Assembly (NCBI GenBank): GCA_016866585.1
Contig: VGMB01000001.1
Span: forward strand, 1-28,257
Length of the DNA: 28,257 nucleotides
Direction: 5' to 3'
From: Chlamydiota bacterium
GTDB lineage: Bacteria; Chlamydiota; Chlamydiia; Chlamydiales; Rhabdochlamydiaceae
The notes under the pieces are model-generated. The model did no database searches. It saw nothing but the letters and a program-made list of their open reading frames with translations, and was not told the origin of the DNA. Below are positions 1 to 8,991 of the stretch, piece after piece (position 1 is the stretch's first letter; each line of letters opens with the position of its first letter). A program made the translations under genes and the position numbers.

Positions 1-2
1 AC

Positions 3-560
3 ATAGATTATACTGTAAGGCAGCCCATCGCATGGATTTATGATTACGAAAATGTAGGAATTGATAAAGAAGGTTTTTTGATTCCTATGTATCCATTTTT
101 CCCTCCCAAAAATTTGCCTGAAATTTATTTAGGATTAGCTCCTTTTGGTCAAATCCACAACTCGATGAATATCCCTACAGCTTTGTGGAATAAGCCTTTG
201 CAAGGAGATTTGGTAGATTTAGCTTTTGACATATTTAACAAGTTGCTTTTGTGCCAAAAAGATCTATTTCGTATAAAAAGAATAGATGTGTCGAAATCTA
301 GAGATCTAAGTCTTGGCAAGAGGGAGATAGTATTAGTAATCGATAACGATATATATTTGAAAGATAGAAGTGAACCCGTTACTTGTACTCATTATCTTAG
401 GTTAAGTGTTTCTAGATACTCCCAAGAATTAGGAAACTATTTGGAGTTAAGAAAACGATTGCTTGAAGAGTATTCTTTGAGTTCAGAATCTGCTATTGCA
501 CATAAAATTATTGATTTGAGACTCACAGATCTAGCATATGTGGAAGATGCGAAAAATTAG
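3..560 (+). CDS. ftsQ: 5'-truncated FtsQ/DivIB-like cell division protein (chlamydial CT764-like), C-terminal part
   Basis: The frame is open from base 3 (IDYTVRQPIAWIYDYENVGIDKEGFLIP...), so the TTG at 78 in the ORF track is not the start. 'YTVRQPIAW...IDKEG' resembles the FtsQ 'ERxPxA...vDxxG' segment. The position shortly upstream of miaA fits the recalled chlamydial order. Family call is inference. Confidence 0.55.
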   Translation: MDYTVRQPIAWIYDYENVGIDKEGFLIPMYPFFPPKNLPEIYLGLAPFGQIHNSMNIPTALWNKPLQGDLVDLAFDIFNKLLLCQKDLFRIKRIDVSKSRDLSLGKREIVLVIDNDIYLKDRSEPVTCTHYLRLSVSRYSQELGNYLELRKRLLEEYSLSSESAIAHKIIDLRLTDLAYVEDAKN

Positions 561-646
561 TTGATCCATAAATAGTGTAGATCGATTTGCAATATTCCAA
601 TCCACATAAGTTGTATCATACAAATGTAAATTGGTTGATAGTAAGC

Positions 647-677
647 TAATAGCAAAAAAATGTTCTAAATGCTATTA
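647..677. promoter_or_regulatory. 8-N15-8 inverted repeat TAATAGCA-N15-TGCTATTA with CIRCE-like outer core
   Basis: Arms at 647-654 and 670-677 seen in sequence. TAGCA-N15-TGCTA has the spacing of CIRCE (TTAGCACTC-N9-GAGTGCTAA), but the inner CTC/GAG bases are absent. Confidence 0.2.
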
Positions 678-1182
678 TTTTCACTTTAAAAATCTGTCTT
701 AATTAATCTAAAAATCATTACGCTCTATGGGGATACTCGGTTTATTGATGTAATCGAGTTGTTCATGAAGCAGGCTTCTGTTGATTTAATTTAAAAAAAT
801 CAGTAAAACTAAATGCAATTTCTATCTTAGGGAACTGCAATGAACGATAAGTTCATGGGTTTCCTTTTTTAGAGTTGAGCGGACACATTCCAGGATGAAA
901 TATAGTCTTAATCTTTAAGACATCGATAAACCGATTTCTGGTTTTAAATTGTTTGTTTTTTTAAAATAATTTTACTTCTCTTTTAGAGGTGTTATTGATC
1001 TCTGAAAATACTGTTATTGGCTATCAGAATAGATAGCTTGGGTATCCAATCCCTAAAAGCCCTCGTTACATGATGTGTGTAATAATAGGCGTTAGTTTTT
1101 TATGAAGTTAAAAACTTTGAGAAAACTAGTGCCAAAACTGAGGGAATATTTATTAATATAAACAATTAAATGTAAAATACCT

Positions 1183-1413
1183 ATGAAAGATTTTATCGCC
1201 TACCTTATAAAAAATTTAGTAGACCAGCCCGATTCAGTAGATGTACAAATTATAGATGGACATCAAGGCACGATTATAGAAGTGAGAGTTTCGAATGAAG
1301 ATGTTGCAAAAGTGGTGGGGAGGCAAGGTAAAACTATAAAATCGCTAAGAACTATAGCTATGACTGTTGGCGCAAGATTTGGTAGACGAGTTCGTTTGGA
1401 GCTTGTTCATTAA
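1183..1413 (+). CDS. khpA: KH-domain RNA-binding protein KhpA (UPF0109)
   Basis: 76 aa: 'LIKNLVDQPDSVDV', 'EVRV..EDVAKVVGRQGKTIKSLRTI' (GxxG KH loop). Confidence 0.9.
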   Translation: MKDFIAYLIKNLVDQPDSVDVQIIDGHQGTIIEVRVSNEDVAKVVGRQGKTIKSLRTIAMTVGARFGRRVRLELVH

Positions 1414-1435
1414 TTTCACCTTACGCTTCTGTAAA

Positions 1436-1468
1436 CCCAGTCCGTTAGGGCTGGGATATCTTTCTTGT
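1436..1468 (+). terminator. Probable intrinsic terminator after khpA
   Basis: CCCAGTCC-GTTA-GGGCTGGG 8-bp stem (one G-U pair) 22 nt after the stop, followed by a T-rich tract after a 5-nt gap. Confidence 0.5.
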
Positions 1469-1710
1469 TTTTGTTTTGAAACCATGTCTACTAGAATCTT
1501 TATGATTTAAGTTCTTATATCCTTATTTTTGATACCTGACGTTTATATTTCTCATAGCGATACAAAGTTTTTAAAAAATGTTTTTTATTAGGATTTTTTA
1601 CTATTGCTGAGGTGATGATTGCCATTTTTGACTAGCTAGTGAGAGGTTTTTTGCTGCATTATAATTTTGTAGGTTTATACTTTCTGAGAATCTTCATTTA
1701 TAGGTGCTTT

Positions 1711-2742
1711 GTGAACGCTGGATTTACTTTAGAAGAAAAAGTTGAGTTTGCTTTTTCTCAGGAAATCACCCTTCCTGCTTTGGAAAAAGACCTTTTGAAA
1801 GAGAAAAAGCCTAAGGTTATTGTTCTTTCAGGACCCACTGCTGTTGGAAAAACAAAATTATCGTTGATGATAGCTCAAGCCATAGGCGGTGAGGTTGTTT
1901 CAGCGGATTCTATGCAGATTTATAGGGGAATGGATATAGGTACAGCGAAAGTCACCAAGGAAGAACGTAGATTAGTTCCTCATCATTTGATAGATATAAG
2001 AGATGTAACTGAAAAATTTAATGTGGTCGATTTTTATTTTGAAGCACATCAAGAAATTAAGAAAATTATTGACAAAGGCGCGGTTCCAATAATTGTTGGG
2101 GGGACAGGGTTTTATATTAGAGCGTTGATCTATGGACCTCCAAGTGGTCCACCTTCGATTTCTCAAGTACGTGAAAAATTAGAGACAGAAATGCTTGAAA
2201 AAGGTTCTGAAACTCTTTATGAAAGATTGAAAAAATCTGATCCAGATTATGCAAATACTATAACTTCTAATGACAAACAAAAAATAATTAGAGGACTTGA
2301 GATTATCACGCTTACTGATCAAAAGGTCTCTAATTTTTCTAAACAGTATTCTTCTGAAATGTTGTCTTATGATTTCAGATGCTGGTTTTTACACAAATCT
2401 AGGGAGACTCTTTATCCAGCAATAGAATCCCGATGTGATTTGATGATACAAAATGGACTTGTTGACGAAGTGAAAAATTTAGAAAAAGCAGGTCTAGCAA
2501 AAAATTTAACTGCTTCTCAAGCTATAGGATATAAACAATGCTTGGATTTTTTACACAGCCCACAATCTGATCAAGACTGGAATTCATTTTTACTAGAGTT
2601 TAAACAAGCTTCAAGACGATATGCAAAGCGTCAGTTTACTTGGTTTAAAAAAGAACCATTATTTCGCTGGTTAGATATGGAATCCACAACTTTTGATCAT
2701 GCAGCGGAGTTAATTATTCAAGATTACGAGGAAAGTTTTTGA
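1711..2742 (+). CDS. miaA: tRNA dimethylallyltransferase
   Basis: GPTAVGKT P-loop, 'VSADSMQIYRGMDIGTAK', 'VPHHLID', 'GGTGFY', 'QAIGYK', 'RYAKRQFTWF'. Start is more likely GTG 1711 (AGGT upstream) than GTG 1639. Confidence 0.96.
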   Translation: MNAGFTLEEKVEFAFSQEITLPALEKDLLKEKKPKVIVLSGPTAVGKTKLSLMIAQAIGGEVVSADSMQIYRGMDIGTAKVTKEERRLVPHHLIDIRDVTEKFNVVDFYFEAHQEIKKIIDKGAVPIIVGGTGFYIRALIYGPPSGPPSISQVREKLETEMLEKGSETLYERLKKSDPDYANTITSNDKQKIIRGLEIITLTDQKVSNFSKQYSSEMLSYDFRCWFLHKSRETLYPAIESRCDLMIQNGLVDEVKNLEKAGLAKNLTASQAIGYKQCLDFLHSPQSDQDWNSFLLEFKQASRRYAKRQFTWFKKEPLFRWLDMESTTFDHAAELIIQDYEESF

Positions 2743-2973
2743 TGTCTGTACTTTTTAACTCGTTTTCTTCAATGAAAAGTGATCTAAAAAGATATGAGCA
2801 ATTTCACTGTTTTATCTATGGTTTTTCTTTTTTTTTAATCCATGTATGATTTTTCATATTTCCTACTCTAAGTAGCCATAGGGGAATTTGCTTTTCATTA
2901 AACATCAATTGGTCTAAAATTAATACGATTAAACTTTTTTTTACTACTAACACAACTTTGATAAACACGTACT

Positions 2974-4653
2974 ATGAACTCAGATCAAAATCATCTTAAT
3001 GAACAAGCGAAAAATGAAACAATTGAGAACGCTGTTGAACCGTCGTTTGAGGACATTTTTACTAAAAATGAATCGTTAGACGAAACTACTGAAAAAAAAC
3101 AAAGGCCCAAAGAGGCTTCTGTTGCATTTAGAGATTTATTAAACAAAATAGATTCTCTGGATAACGTTGAAGAAAAAATATCATCTTGTATTCAATTCAT
3201 GAAACACAGTCTAGCAGATTCGATTGTGCCAAAATTCAGAGATTTTTGGGATGCGAGAAAGTATTGCCTGCCATTGTTCAAAGATCAAATGGCTGTAAAA
3301 ATTAGGTCTGAACTTTGGCAAGAGTATGTCGATCTTTCGACGGAGGCTAGAAGACTTAAAGATGTTCTTGATGAGCAGTCTGCTTTTGCTTTTGAGCAAA
3401 TAGAGCTTGCAATACAAGCTCTAATAAAAGATCTAGAAGATTATAACAGCAGTTTAGAGGCTGTAGTTCCTGTTGATATTCCAACCACATGTTCAACGCT
3501 TCTCCCATCAAAAGATAAATATGCTTTGATTCAAAGTAATTTGCAGTTGCTTAATGTTTTTGCTTCTAGAGTAAATTCTCTTAGAAAAGAAGTTATAAGA
3601 ACTGAGATGAGGATAAAAAATAAAAACAAACTTTTTGAAAAATTATCGGCAGCCGGAGATTTAGTATTCCCAAAAAGGAAGTCTTTCATAAAAGAAATCT
3701 CTGAAATGTTTGTAGCTGATGTAGATTCATTTATGAGTAAATACTTTCATGAAGATGTTCAGAACACTCAACCACTTCATGTTTTGAGAGAAGAAATTAA
3801 ATCTTTGCAGAATATTGCTAAAATTCTAACGATAAATGCTCAGTCCTTTACTAGTACAAGACTAAAACTTAGTCAATGTTGGGATATGCTTAAAGTATGG
3901 GAAAAAGAAAGGAAAAAGGAAATCTCTCATAAAAAACAAGTAATTCGACAAAATTATGAGGTTGTTCATTCTAAAATTAAAGAGTTCGAGCAGTTCTGTC
4001 TTGATTCTCCTTCTTTTTCTGATGCAACAAAGCAGTTTGAAGAAGTTCTTGCATTTATGAAAACTATTGAACTTAGTTTTTCTGAACAAAAATCTTTAAA
4101 AGATGAATTGTTTAAAGCTCGTAAGCCAGTTTGGGATAAAGAAAAAGAAAAACAGATTGAAAAAGAGCTCAAAGAAAAAGAAGCCCTTAATTTAAAAAGA
4201 AAACAAGTTGAAGATTTTAAAAATTCATTAGAATCTTTAATTACATCTCACAGTTCAATCGAATTGGATGATTTGATTCAAAAACGTCAAGAGATGCATG
4301 AACAAATGGGTTCTTTGACTGTTTCTAAATCTGAAAAGATGTTATTTGAAAAATTGTTTAAACAATTAAGAGATGTTATAGATGAAAGAAAAAGTGAGAA
4401 ACTAATGACTCTTTCTGATACCGACAGGCAAAAGTTAGATGATTTAGTTACTTTACTTGAAGAAAGAAAAGTCCGAAGAAACGAAATAAGATCTCAGATC
4501 GAGTCTTATAGAAAAATATTGGGTGGATCGGGTTTCGATTTTGAAAAAGCAATGATGTACAGAGAACTTATTGAAGCAGAAAAAGTAAGCCTCGATAAGG
4601 TTAATACTTCGATTCAAGAGCTAGAAGAAAAAGTAGCCGAAATCGAAGGGTAG
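2974..4653 (+). CDS. Conserved chlamydial alpha-helical/coiled-coil protein (CT768-like)
   Basis: 559-aa E/K/L-rich ORF with no catalytic motif. Size and position between miaA and rsfS match recalled CT768. Function unknown. Confidence 0.75.
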   Translation: MNSDQNHLNEQAKNETIENAVEPSFEDIFTKNESLDETTEKKQRPKEASVAFRDLLNKIDSLDNVEEKISSCIQFMKHSLADSIVPKFRDFWDARKYCLPLFKDQMAVKIRSELWQEYVDLSTEARRLKDVLDEQSAFAFEQIELAIQALIKDLEDYNSSLEAVVPVDIPTTCSTLLPSKDKYALIQSNLQLLNVFASRVNSLRKEVIRTEMRIKNKNKLFEKLSAAGDLVFPKRKSFIKEISEMFVADVDSFMSKYFHEDVQNTQPLHVLREEIKSLQNIAKILTINAQSFTSTRLKLSQCWDMLKVWEKERKKEISHKKQVIRQNYEVVHSKIKEFEQFCLDSPSFSDATKQFEEVLAFMKTIELSFSEQKSLKDELFKARKPVWDKEKEKQIEKELKEKEALNLKRKQVEDFKNSLESLITSHSSIELDDLIQKRQEMHEQMGSLTVSKSEKMLFEKLFKQLRDVIDERKSEKLMTLSDTDRQKLDDLVTLLEERKVRRNEIRSQIESYRKILGGSGFDFEKAMMYRELIEAEKVSLDKVNTSIQELEEKVAEIEG

Positions 4654-4658
4654 TAGCT

Positions 4659-5300
4659 TTGCAATTCTATGTGTTCGACTTAGATCATACACTCGTAAAA
4701 AATAATAGTAGCTTTGCTTTTTGTATCTTTTTGTACAAAAAGCAAGTTATTTCATTTCACTCTTTAATAAAATCAGTTTGCTTTTACATACGGTTTCGTT
4801 TTATGAAGCTTGATTTAAAGACGCTTCACGAGAAAGTATTTGATTCGATTTTAAAGGGCCTTTCTATTCATACACTACAAAGCCATGTTGAAAGTTTTTT
4901 AGATGATTGGTTGATAAATGATATTTATTTACCTTCATTTTCTGAGCTTCGAAGGGCTCAACATCTAGGTTATTATACTGTAATTTTATCTAATTCTCCG
5001 AGTTTTTTAGTTGAAAGAATAGCGTTAAGATTGGGTGTTTCAGATTGCCAGTCTACCGAGTATGAGGTTGACAAAGAAGGGGCTTTATGTCACATTTCGC
5101 ATATAATGGACGGTGAAGATAAAGCTGCTTATATGGCGTATCTTTTGACAAGATTAGGAGAAGGTGAAAATCATGTGGTAGCTTTTTCAGATAGCTACTC
5201 TGACTTGCCTCTTTTACTATGCGCAGAGTCTGCTGTTGTAGTAAATCCAGATAGAAGGTTAAAAAAGGTTGCTCTTAAATTTAATTGGCCAAAATTATAA
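4659..5300 (+). CDS. HAD-superfamily subfamily IB hydrolase/phosphatase
   Basis: Motif I 'FDLDHTL' (DxDxT), motif II 'ILSNS', Lys in 'GEDKA', motif IV 'FSDSYSDLPLL', 'VVNPDRRL'. TTG start. Confidence 0.85.
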   Translation: MQFYVFDLDHTLVKNNSSFAFCIFLYKKQVISFHSLIKSVCFYIRFRFMKLDLKTLHEKVFDSILKGLSIHTLQSHVESFLDDWLINDIYLPSFSELRRAQHLGYYTVILSNSPSFLVERIALRLGVSDCQSTEYEVDKEGALCHISHIMDGEDKAAYMAYLLTRLGEGENHVVAFSDSYSDLPLLLCAESAVVVNPDRRLKKVALKFNWPKL

Positions 5301-5303
5301 TTG

Positions 5304-5918
5304 ATGAAAAAAAAGTCGATAGGTTTTTTTGGGGGTAGTTTTGATCCAATACATATTGGACATTTACACCTTGCCATCTCCTTATCCGAATTATGTGGGC
5401 TTGATCAGGTTATATTCTGTCCCGCATTTGTATCTCCTTTTAAACTCGATAAGCGTCCGCATGCCTCCACTTTACATAGAGCTGAGATGGTTGAAATTGC
5501 CATAAGATCTATTCCTAATTTTGTTTTTTGCGATTATGAACTAAAAGAGGATTCTCCTTCGTATACTTATGATACCATTCAATATTTGAATGATAAATAT
5601 AGTCAGCAAAAGCAAAATGTGGAAATTAGGCTTATTCTAGGAGACGATGCTTTGCCGGGTATCCATAAATGGAAAAATATAGATCAACTTCTCCAAGTAG
5701 CCAAGCCTCTGGTAGGTACTAGGTGTAACTCAATAGAAGTTTCAAATTTACTTTCCAGTTCTTCAAAAGATGTATTGAAAAATAATTTAATTGATATTCC
5801 TGTTCTTGACATAAGTAGCACTTTGTTAAGAGATAGAATAAAAAAAGGATTGTATTGTCAACACTTGATACCAAACGTGGTATTAGAGTACATAATTCAA
5901 AAACAACTTTATCAATGA
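5304..5918 (+). CDS. nadD: Nicotinate-nucleotide adenylyltransferase
   Basis: 'FFGGSFDPIHIGHL' (HIGH), 'SYTYDTI', 'LILGDD', 'ISSTLLRDRI'. Adjacent to rsfS, a common bacterial pairing. Confidence 0.93.
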   Translation: MKKKSIGFFGGSFDPIHIGHLHLAISLSELCGLDQVIFCPAFVSPFKLDKRPHASTLHRAEMVEIAIRSIPNFVFCDYELKEDSPSYTYDTIQYLNDKYSQQKQNVEIRLILGDDALPGIHKWKNIDQLLQVAKPLVGTRCNSIEVSNLLSSSSKDVLKNNLIDIPVLDISSTLLRDRIKKGLYCQHLIPNVVLEYIIQKQLYQ

Positions 5919-5925
5919 GAAGCTA

Positions 5926-6333
5926 ATGAAAAGAAACGATCAATTCATTCTTAACCTTATAGCTCAAACTATTTATGATAAAAAAGGTATGAATATTCTT
6001 GTACTGGATGTAAGGAAGTTCTCTTCCTTGACGGACTATGTAATAATAGCCGAAGGATCTGTAAATAAACATGTTACAGGAATCGCTCATGCTGTTATTC
6101 AAGCTCTCAAAGTACACGAAATTTCACCTAAACATCACGAAGGATTGGCCGTCGGAGATTGGGTTGTTCTTGATTATATGCAGTTTATGGTTCATCTTCT
6201 TACTCCAGCTGTTAGAGAAAAATATTACCTTGAAGAGCTTTGGAGAGATGCCGATATAGTCGACGTTTCTATAGACATATCCTCCTCTAGGACTGTTGCT
6301 TATGTAGGCGCTGAAAATAGCGTTTCATTCTAA
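5926..6333 (+). CDS. rsfS: Ribosome silencing factor RsfS (Iojap)
   Basis: 'DKKGMNILVLDV', 'TDYVIIAEG', 'WVVLDY', 'VHLL....REKYYLEELW'. Confidence 0.92.
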   Translation: MKRNDQFILNLIAQTIYDKKGMNILVLDVRKFSSLTDYVIIAEGSVNKHVTGIAHAVIQALKVHEISPKHHEGLAVGDWVVLDYMQFMVHLLTPAVREKYYLEELWRDADIVDVSIDISSSRTVAYVGAENSVSF

Positions 6334-6364
6334 AAATACCTTGATGCTTATAGAGGGAAAGGGA

Positions 6365-6393
6365 TTGCGGAATTATTCGTTATAAAGTATTCT
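6365..6393 (+). promoter_or_regulatory. Candidate sigma70/sigma66 promoter for fabF
   Basis: TTGCGG-N17-TATTCT ending 23 nt upstream of the fabF ATG. GAGG RBS at about -9. Confidence 0.35.
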
Positions 6394-6416
6394 GTGATCC
6401 TATTTATTGAGGGATT

Positions 6417-7673
6417 ATGAAGAAAAAGCGAATAGTAGTTACCGGAATGGGGATATCCTCTTGTTTTGGTACTGATGTTGAAGAGTTTTACAATAAGCTT
6501 CTAGCTGGGACAAGTGGTATTGTACCTATTTCTAATTTTCCGTGTGAAGATTATCCTACTAGGTTTGCAGGAGAAATAAAAGATTTTGATACAGGTATCT
6601 ATCTTGATAAAAAACAAGCAAGAAGAGTGGATCCCTACATTAGATTTGCTATTGTTGCAGGAAAAAAAGCATTAGAGATGAGTAACCTAACAGGTGATGC
6701 TTTTGAAGCTTTAGATAAAACTAGAGCGGGTGTCTTAGTTGGATCTGGCATGGGCGGAATGAATGTTTATGCTGATGGGGTTGAGACTCTTGTAACAAAA
6801 GGCTTCAAAAGATTAACTCCATTTTTCGTGCCTTTTATAATAACCAATATGGCTGGAGCTTTGCTCGCTATCGATCTCGGTTTTATGGGGCCTAATTATT
6901 CTATTTCTACTGCATGCGCAACAGCTAATAATTGTATATTTTCCGCAGCTCAGCATATTCGTAATGGAGAAGCTGATCTTATGATTTGCGGTGGTTCTGA
7001 AGCTGCTGTATTACCTATCGGACTTGCTGGTTTTGTTGCTTGTAAAGCTTTGTCTGAAAGAAATGAAGACCCTTCTAAGGCTTCGCGTCCTTGGGATAAA
7101 AATAGAGATGGCTTTGTGATGGGTGAAGGAGCAGGAGTTCTTGTTCTGGAAAGCCTTGAGCATGCTTTGAAGAGAGGCGCTCCAATTTACGCAGAGTACC
7201 TTGGTGGTGGTGTATCTTGTGATGCTAACCACATGACAGATCCAAGACCAGATGGACTTGGTGTTAAGCTGTGTATTGAAGCCGCATTACGTGATGCTCA
7301 GATAGAAAAAGAACGCATTAACTATGTTAACGCACATGCGACCTCTACCCTAGCTGGAGACTTAGCTGAAATTAATGCATTGAGATCTGCTTTCGGAGAT
7401 CATTTGAAAAATGTAAAAATCAATGCCACAAAGTCTATGATAGGTCATTGCCTCGGTGCAGCAGGTGGATTAGAAGCTGTTGCTACAATTCAGGCAATTC
7501 GTACTGGTATGTTGCATCCAACAATAAATCTTGATGATCCAGAAGATGCTGTTAAAGATTTAGATCTAGTTCCTAATGTTGCAAAACCTTTGGATATAAA
7601 CGCTGCTCTATCGAATTCATTTGGATTCGGAGGACATAATTCAACACTCATATTTGCTCCGTATACACCATGA
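6417..7673 (+). CDS. fabF: 3-oxoacyl-ACP synthase II
   Basis: Cys-His-His triad: 'STACAT', 'NAHATST', 'GHCLGAAG'. Also 'RIVVTGMG' and 'SNSFGFGGHN'. Confidence 0.97.
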   Translation: MKKKRIVVTGMGISSCFGTDVEEFYNKLLAGTSGIVPISNFPCEDYPTRFAGEIKDFDTGIYLDKKQARRVDPYIRFAIVAGKKALEMSNLTGDAFEALDKTRAGVLVGSGMGGMNVYADGVETLVTKGFKRLTPFFVPFIITNMAGALLAIDLGFMGPNYSISTACATANNCIFSAAQHIRNGEADLMICGGSEAAVLPIGLAGFVACKALSERNEDPSKASRPWDKNRDGFVMGEGAGVLVLESLEHALKRGAPIYAEYLGGGVSCDANHMTDPRPDGLGVKLCIEAALRDAQIEKERINYVNAHATSTLAGDLAEINALRSAFGDHLKNVKINATKSMIGHCLGAAGGLEAVATIQAIRTGMLHPTINLDDPEDAVKDLDLVPNVAKPLDINAALSNSFGFGGHNSTLIFAPYTP

Positions 7674-8086
7674 TTAGAGACGCATCGTTTGGAATTATTC
7701 CACTCTCCGAGATAGAAGGAGAGTGGAAGGTATTACTGATTTTTCATAGAAACGGTAATCATTGGGGCTTCCCCAAAGGCCACAAAGACGGAAATGAAAC
7801 TGATTTTCAAGCTGCCTGCCGTGAGCTTATGGAAGAGACTGGGCTTCAGGTTTACACATGCTTGAAGGAAGATCCTTTTGTTGAGAAGTTTAAGTTCAGA
7901 CGTATGAAGGATTGGATTGAGAAAACTGTTTCGTATTTTCCTGCTGTTGTAACTGGAACAATTAAGATACAGCCCGAAGAAATAAGAGAAGCTAGATGGT
8001 TTACGTTTGATCAAGCTTTAAAAAGATTAACATTTGAAGAAGCTAGATCCATTTGTAGACAAGTAAGAGAAATGATCCAAAAGTGA
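7670..8086 (+). CDS. Nudix hydrolase (Ap4A hydrolase / CT771-like)
   Basis: Nudix box 'GHKDGNETDFQAACRELMEETG' preceded by 'HWGFPKG'. ATGA overlap with fabF. Confidence 0.9.
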   Translation: MIRDASFGIIPLSEIEGEWKVLLIFHRNGNHWGFPKGHKDGNETDFQAACRELMEETGLQVYTCLKEDPFVEKFKFRRMKDWIEKTVSYFPAVVTGTIKIQPEEIREARWFTFDQALKRLTFEEARSICRQVREMIQK

Positions 8087-8098
8087 TTAGTTAACAAT

Positions 8099-8887
8099 AT
8101 GCTTTTAGAAAAAGCCGAGAGATTTCTAAAAAAGTTTATGCCTGCAGATAAGATTCAACCTATTGAAGTATTTGTTCGTTATTGTAATTTTTCTGATGTG
8201 AGTGCGCACAAAAAACGACCTATAGACTTCTCTAGACGTTTGTGCTATCAAAACTTTATTCAGACTTTAGAAAATCAAAATAACATAAATGTGACTTTTT
8301 TTTTGGACACCTTCTATCCAATGGAAGGAGATCACTTTATTCTTCAACAGGACAAGTATCCTGTTATTGAAATAAAACATGGGACAGAAGGCGGGTCTTT
8401 CTGCCATATGTTAGATCACGTTCTAGCTAATAAATATTCTTCCGATACAATCATTTATTTTTTAGAAGATGACTATCTACACAGAGATGGTTGGGTCAAT
8501 GTGCTCAGGGAAGGAATTAATATTCCTGGCGTAGATTACGTAACTTTGTATGACCACAAAGATAAATATTTTTTACCTCAATATAAAGGGTTGAAGTCAG
8601 AGTTATTTCTTACAGAGCATGCTCATTGGAGAGAAACACCCTCTACAACTAATACTTATGCTATGAAGTATTCTATATTAAAAAGAGACTATGAACTTCA
8701 CTATGCTTTTTCAAGAGGTGTTAAGATTTCATCGGACCATAAAAAATTTTGTACTCTAAGATCTCAGGGATCTTTATTGGTTTCTCCCATACCAGGCTGG
8801 TCCTGCCATATGGAGCCAGATTACATGTCACCGTGTATAGATTGGACTGCAGTCCAAAATAACCACTTAGTGACATCAAATGCCTAG
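8099..8887 (+). CDS. Putative GT-A-fold glycosyltransferase-like protein
   Basis: 262-aa ORF with a beta-strand followed by an acidic motif 'IIYFLEDDYLH' and a C-terminal 'PGWSCH'. The ORF is solid; the function is inference. Confidence 0.5.
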   Translation: MLLEKAERFLKKFMPADKIQPIEVFVRYCNFSDVSAHKKRPIDFSRRLCYQNFIQTLENQNNINVTFFLDTFYPMEGDHFILQQDKYPVIEIKHGTEGGSFCHMLDHVLANKYSSDTIIYFLEDDYLHRDGWVNVLREGINIPGVDYVTLYDHKDKYFLPQYKGLKSELFLTEHAHWRETPSTTNTYAMKYSILKRDYELHYAFSRGVKISSDHKKFCTLRSQGSLLVSPIPGWSCHMEPDYMSPCIDWTAVQNNHLVTSNA

Positions 8888-8991
8888 TTTCTCGTTAAAG
8901 AATTTATATTCTTTAAAATAAATTTAAGAAATGTGGGCAATAAATGTTGGATTTGATATTTTTTTCGCTTTGAATTTAAGGAGACTATTTC

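Noticed and set aside
1515-1625. 36-aa minus-strand ORF MAIITSAIVKNPNKKHFLKTLYRYEKYKRQVSKIRI
   Set aside because: No RBS and no recognisable motif; such a length is expected by chance in AT-rich DNA.
1639-1710. N-terminal extension of MiaA from GTG 1639
   Set aside because: The region looks like promoter DNA (TATAAT at 1660-1665), and GTG 1711 has an SD-like AGGT.
8888-8991. BirA operator or riboswitch upstream of bioY
   Set aside because: No TGTAAACC...GGTTTACA-like repeat and no recognisable riboswitch core.
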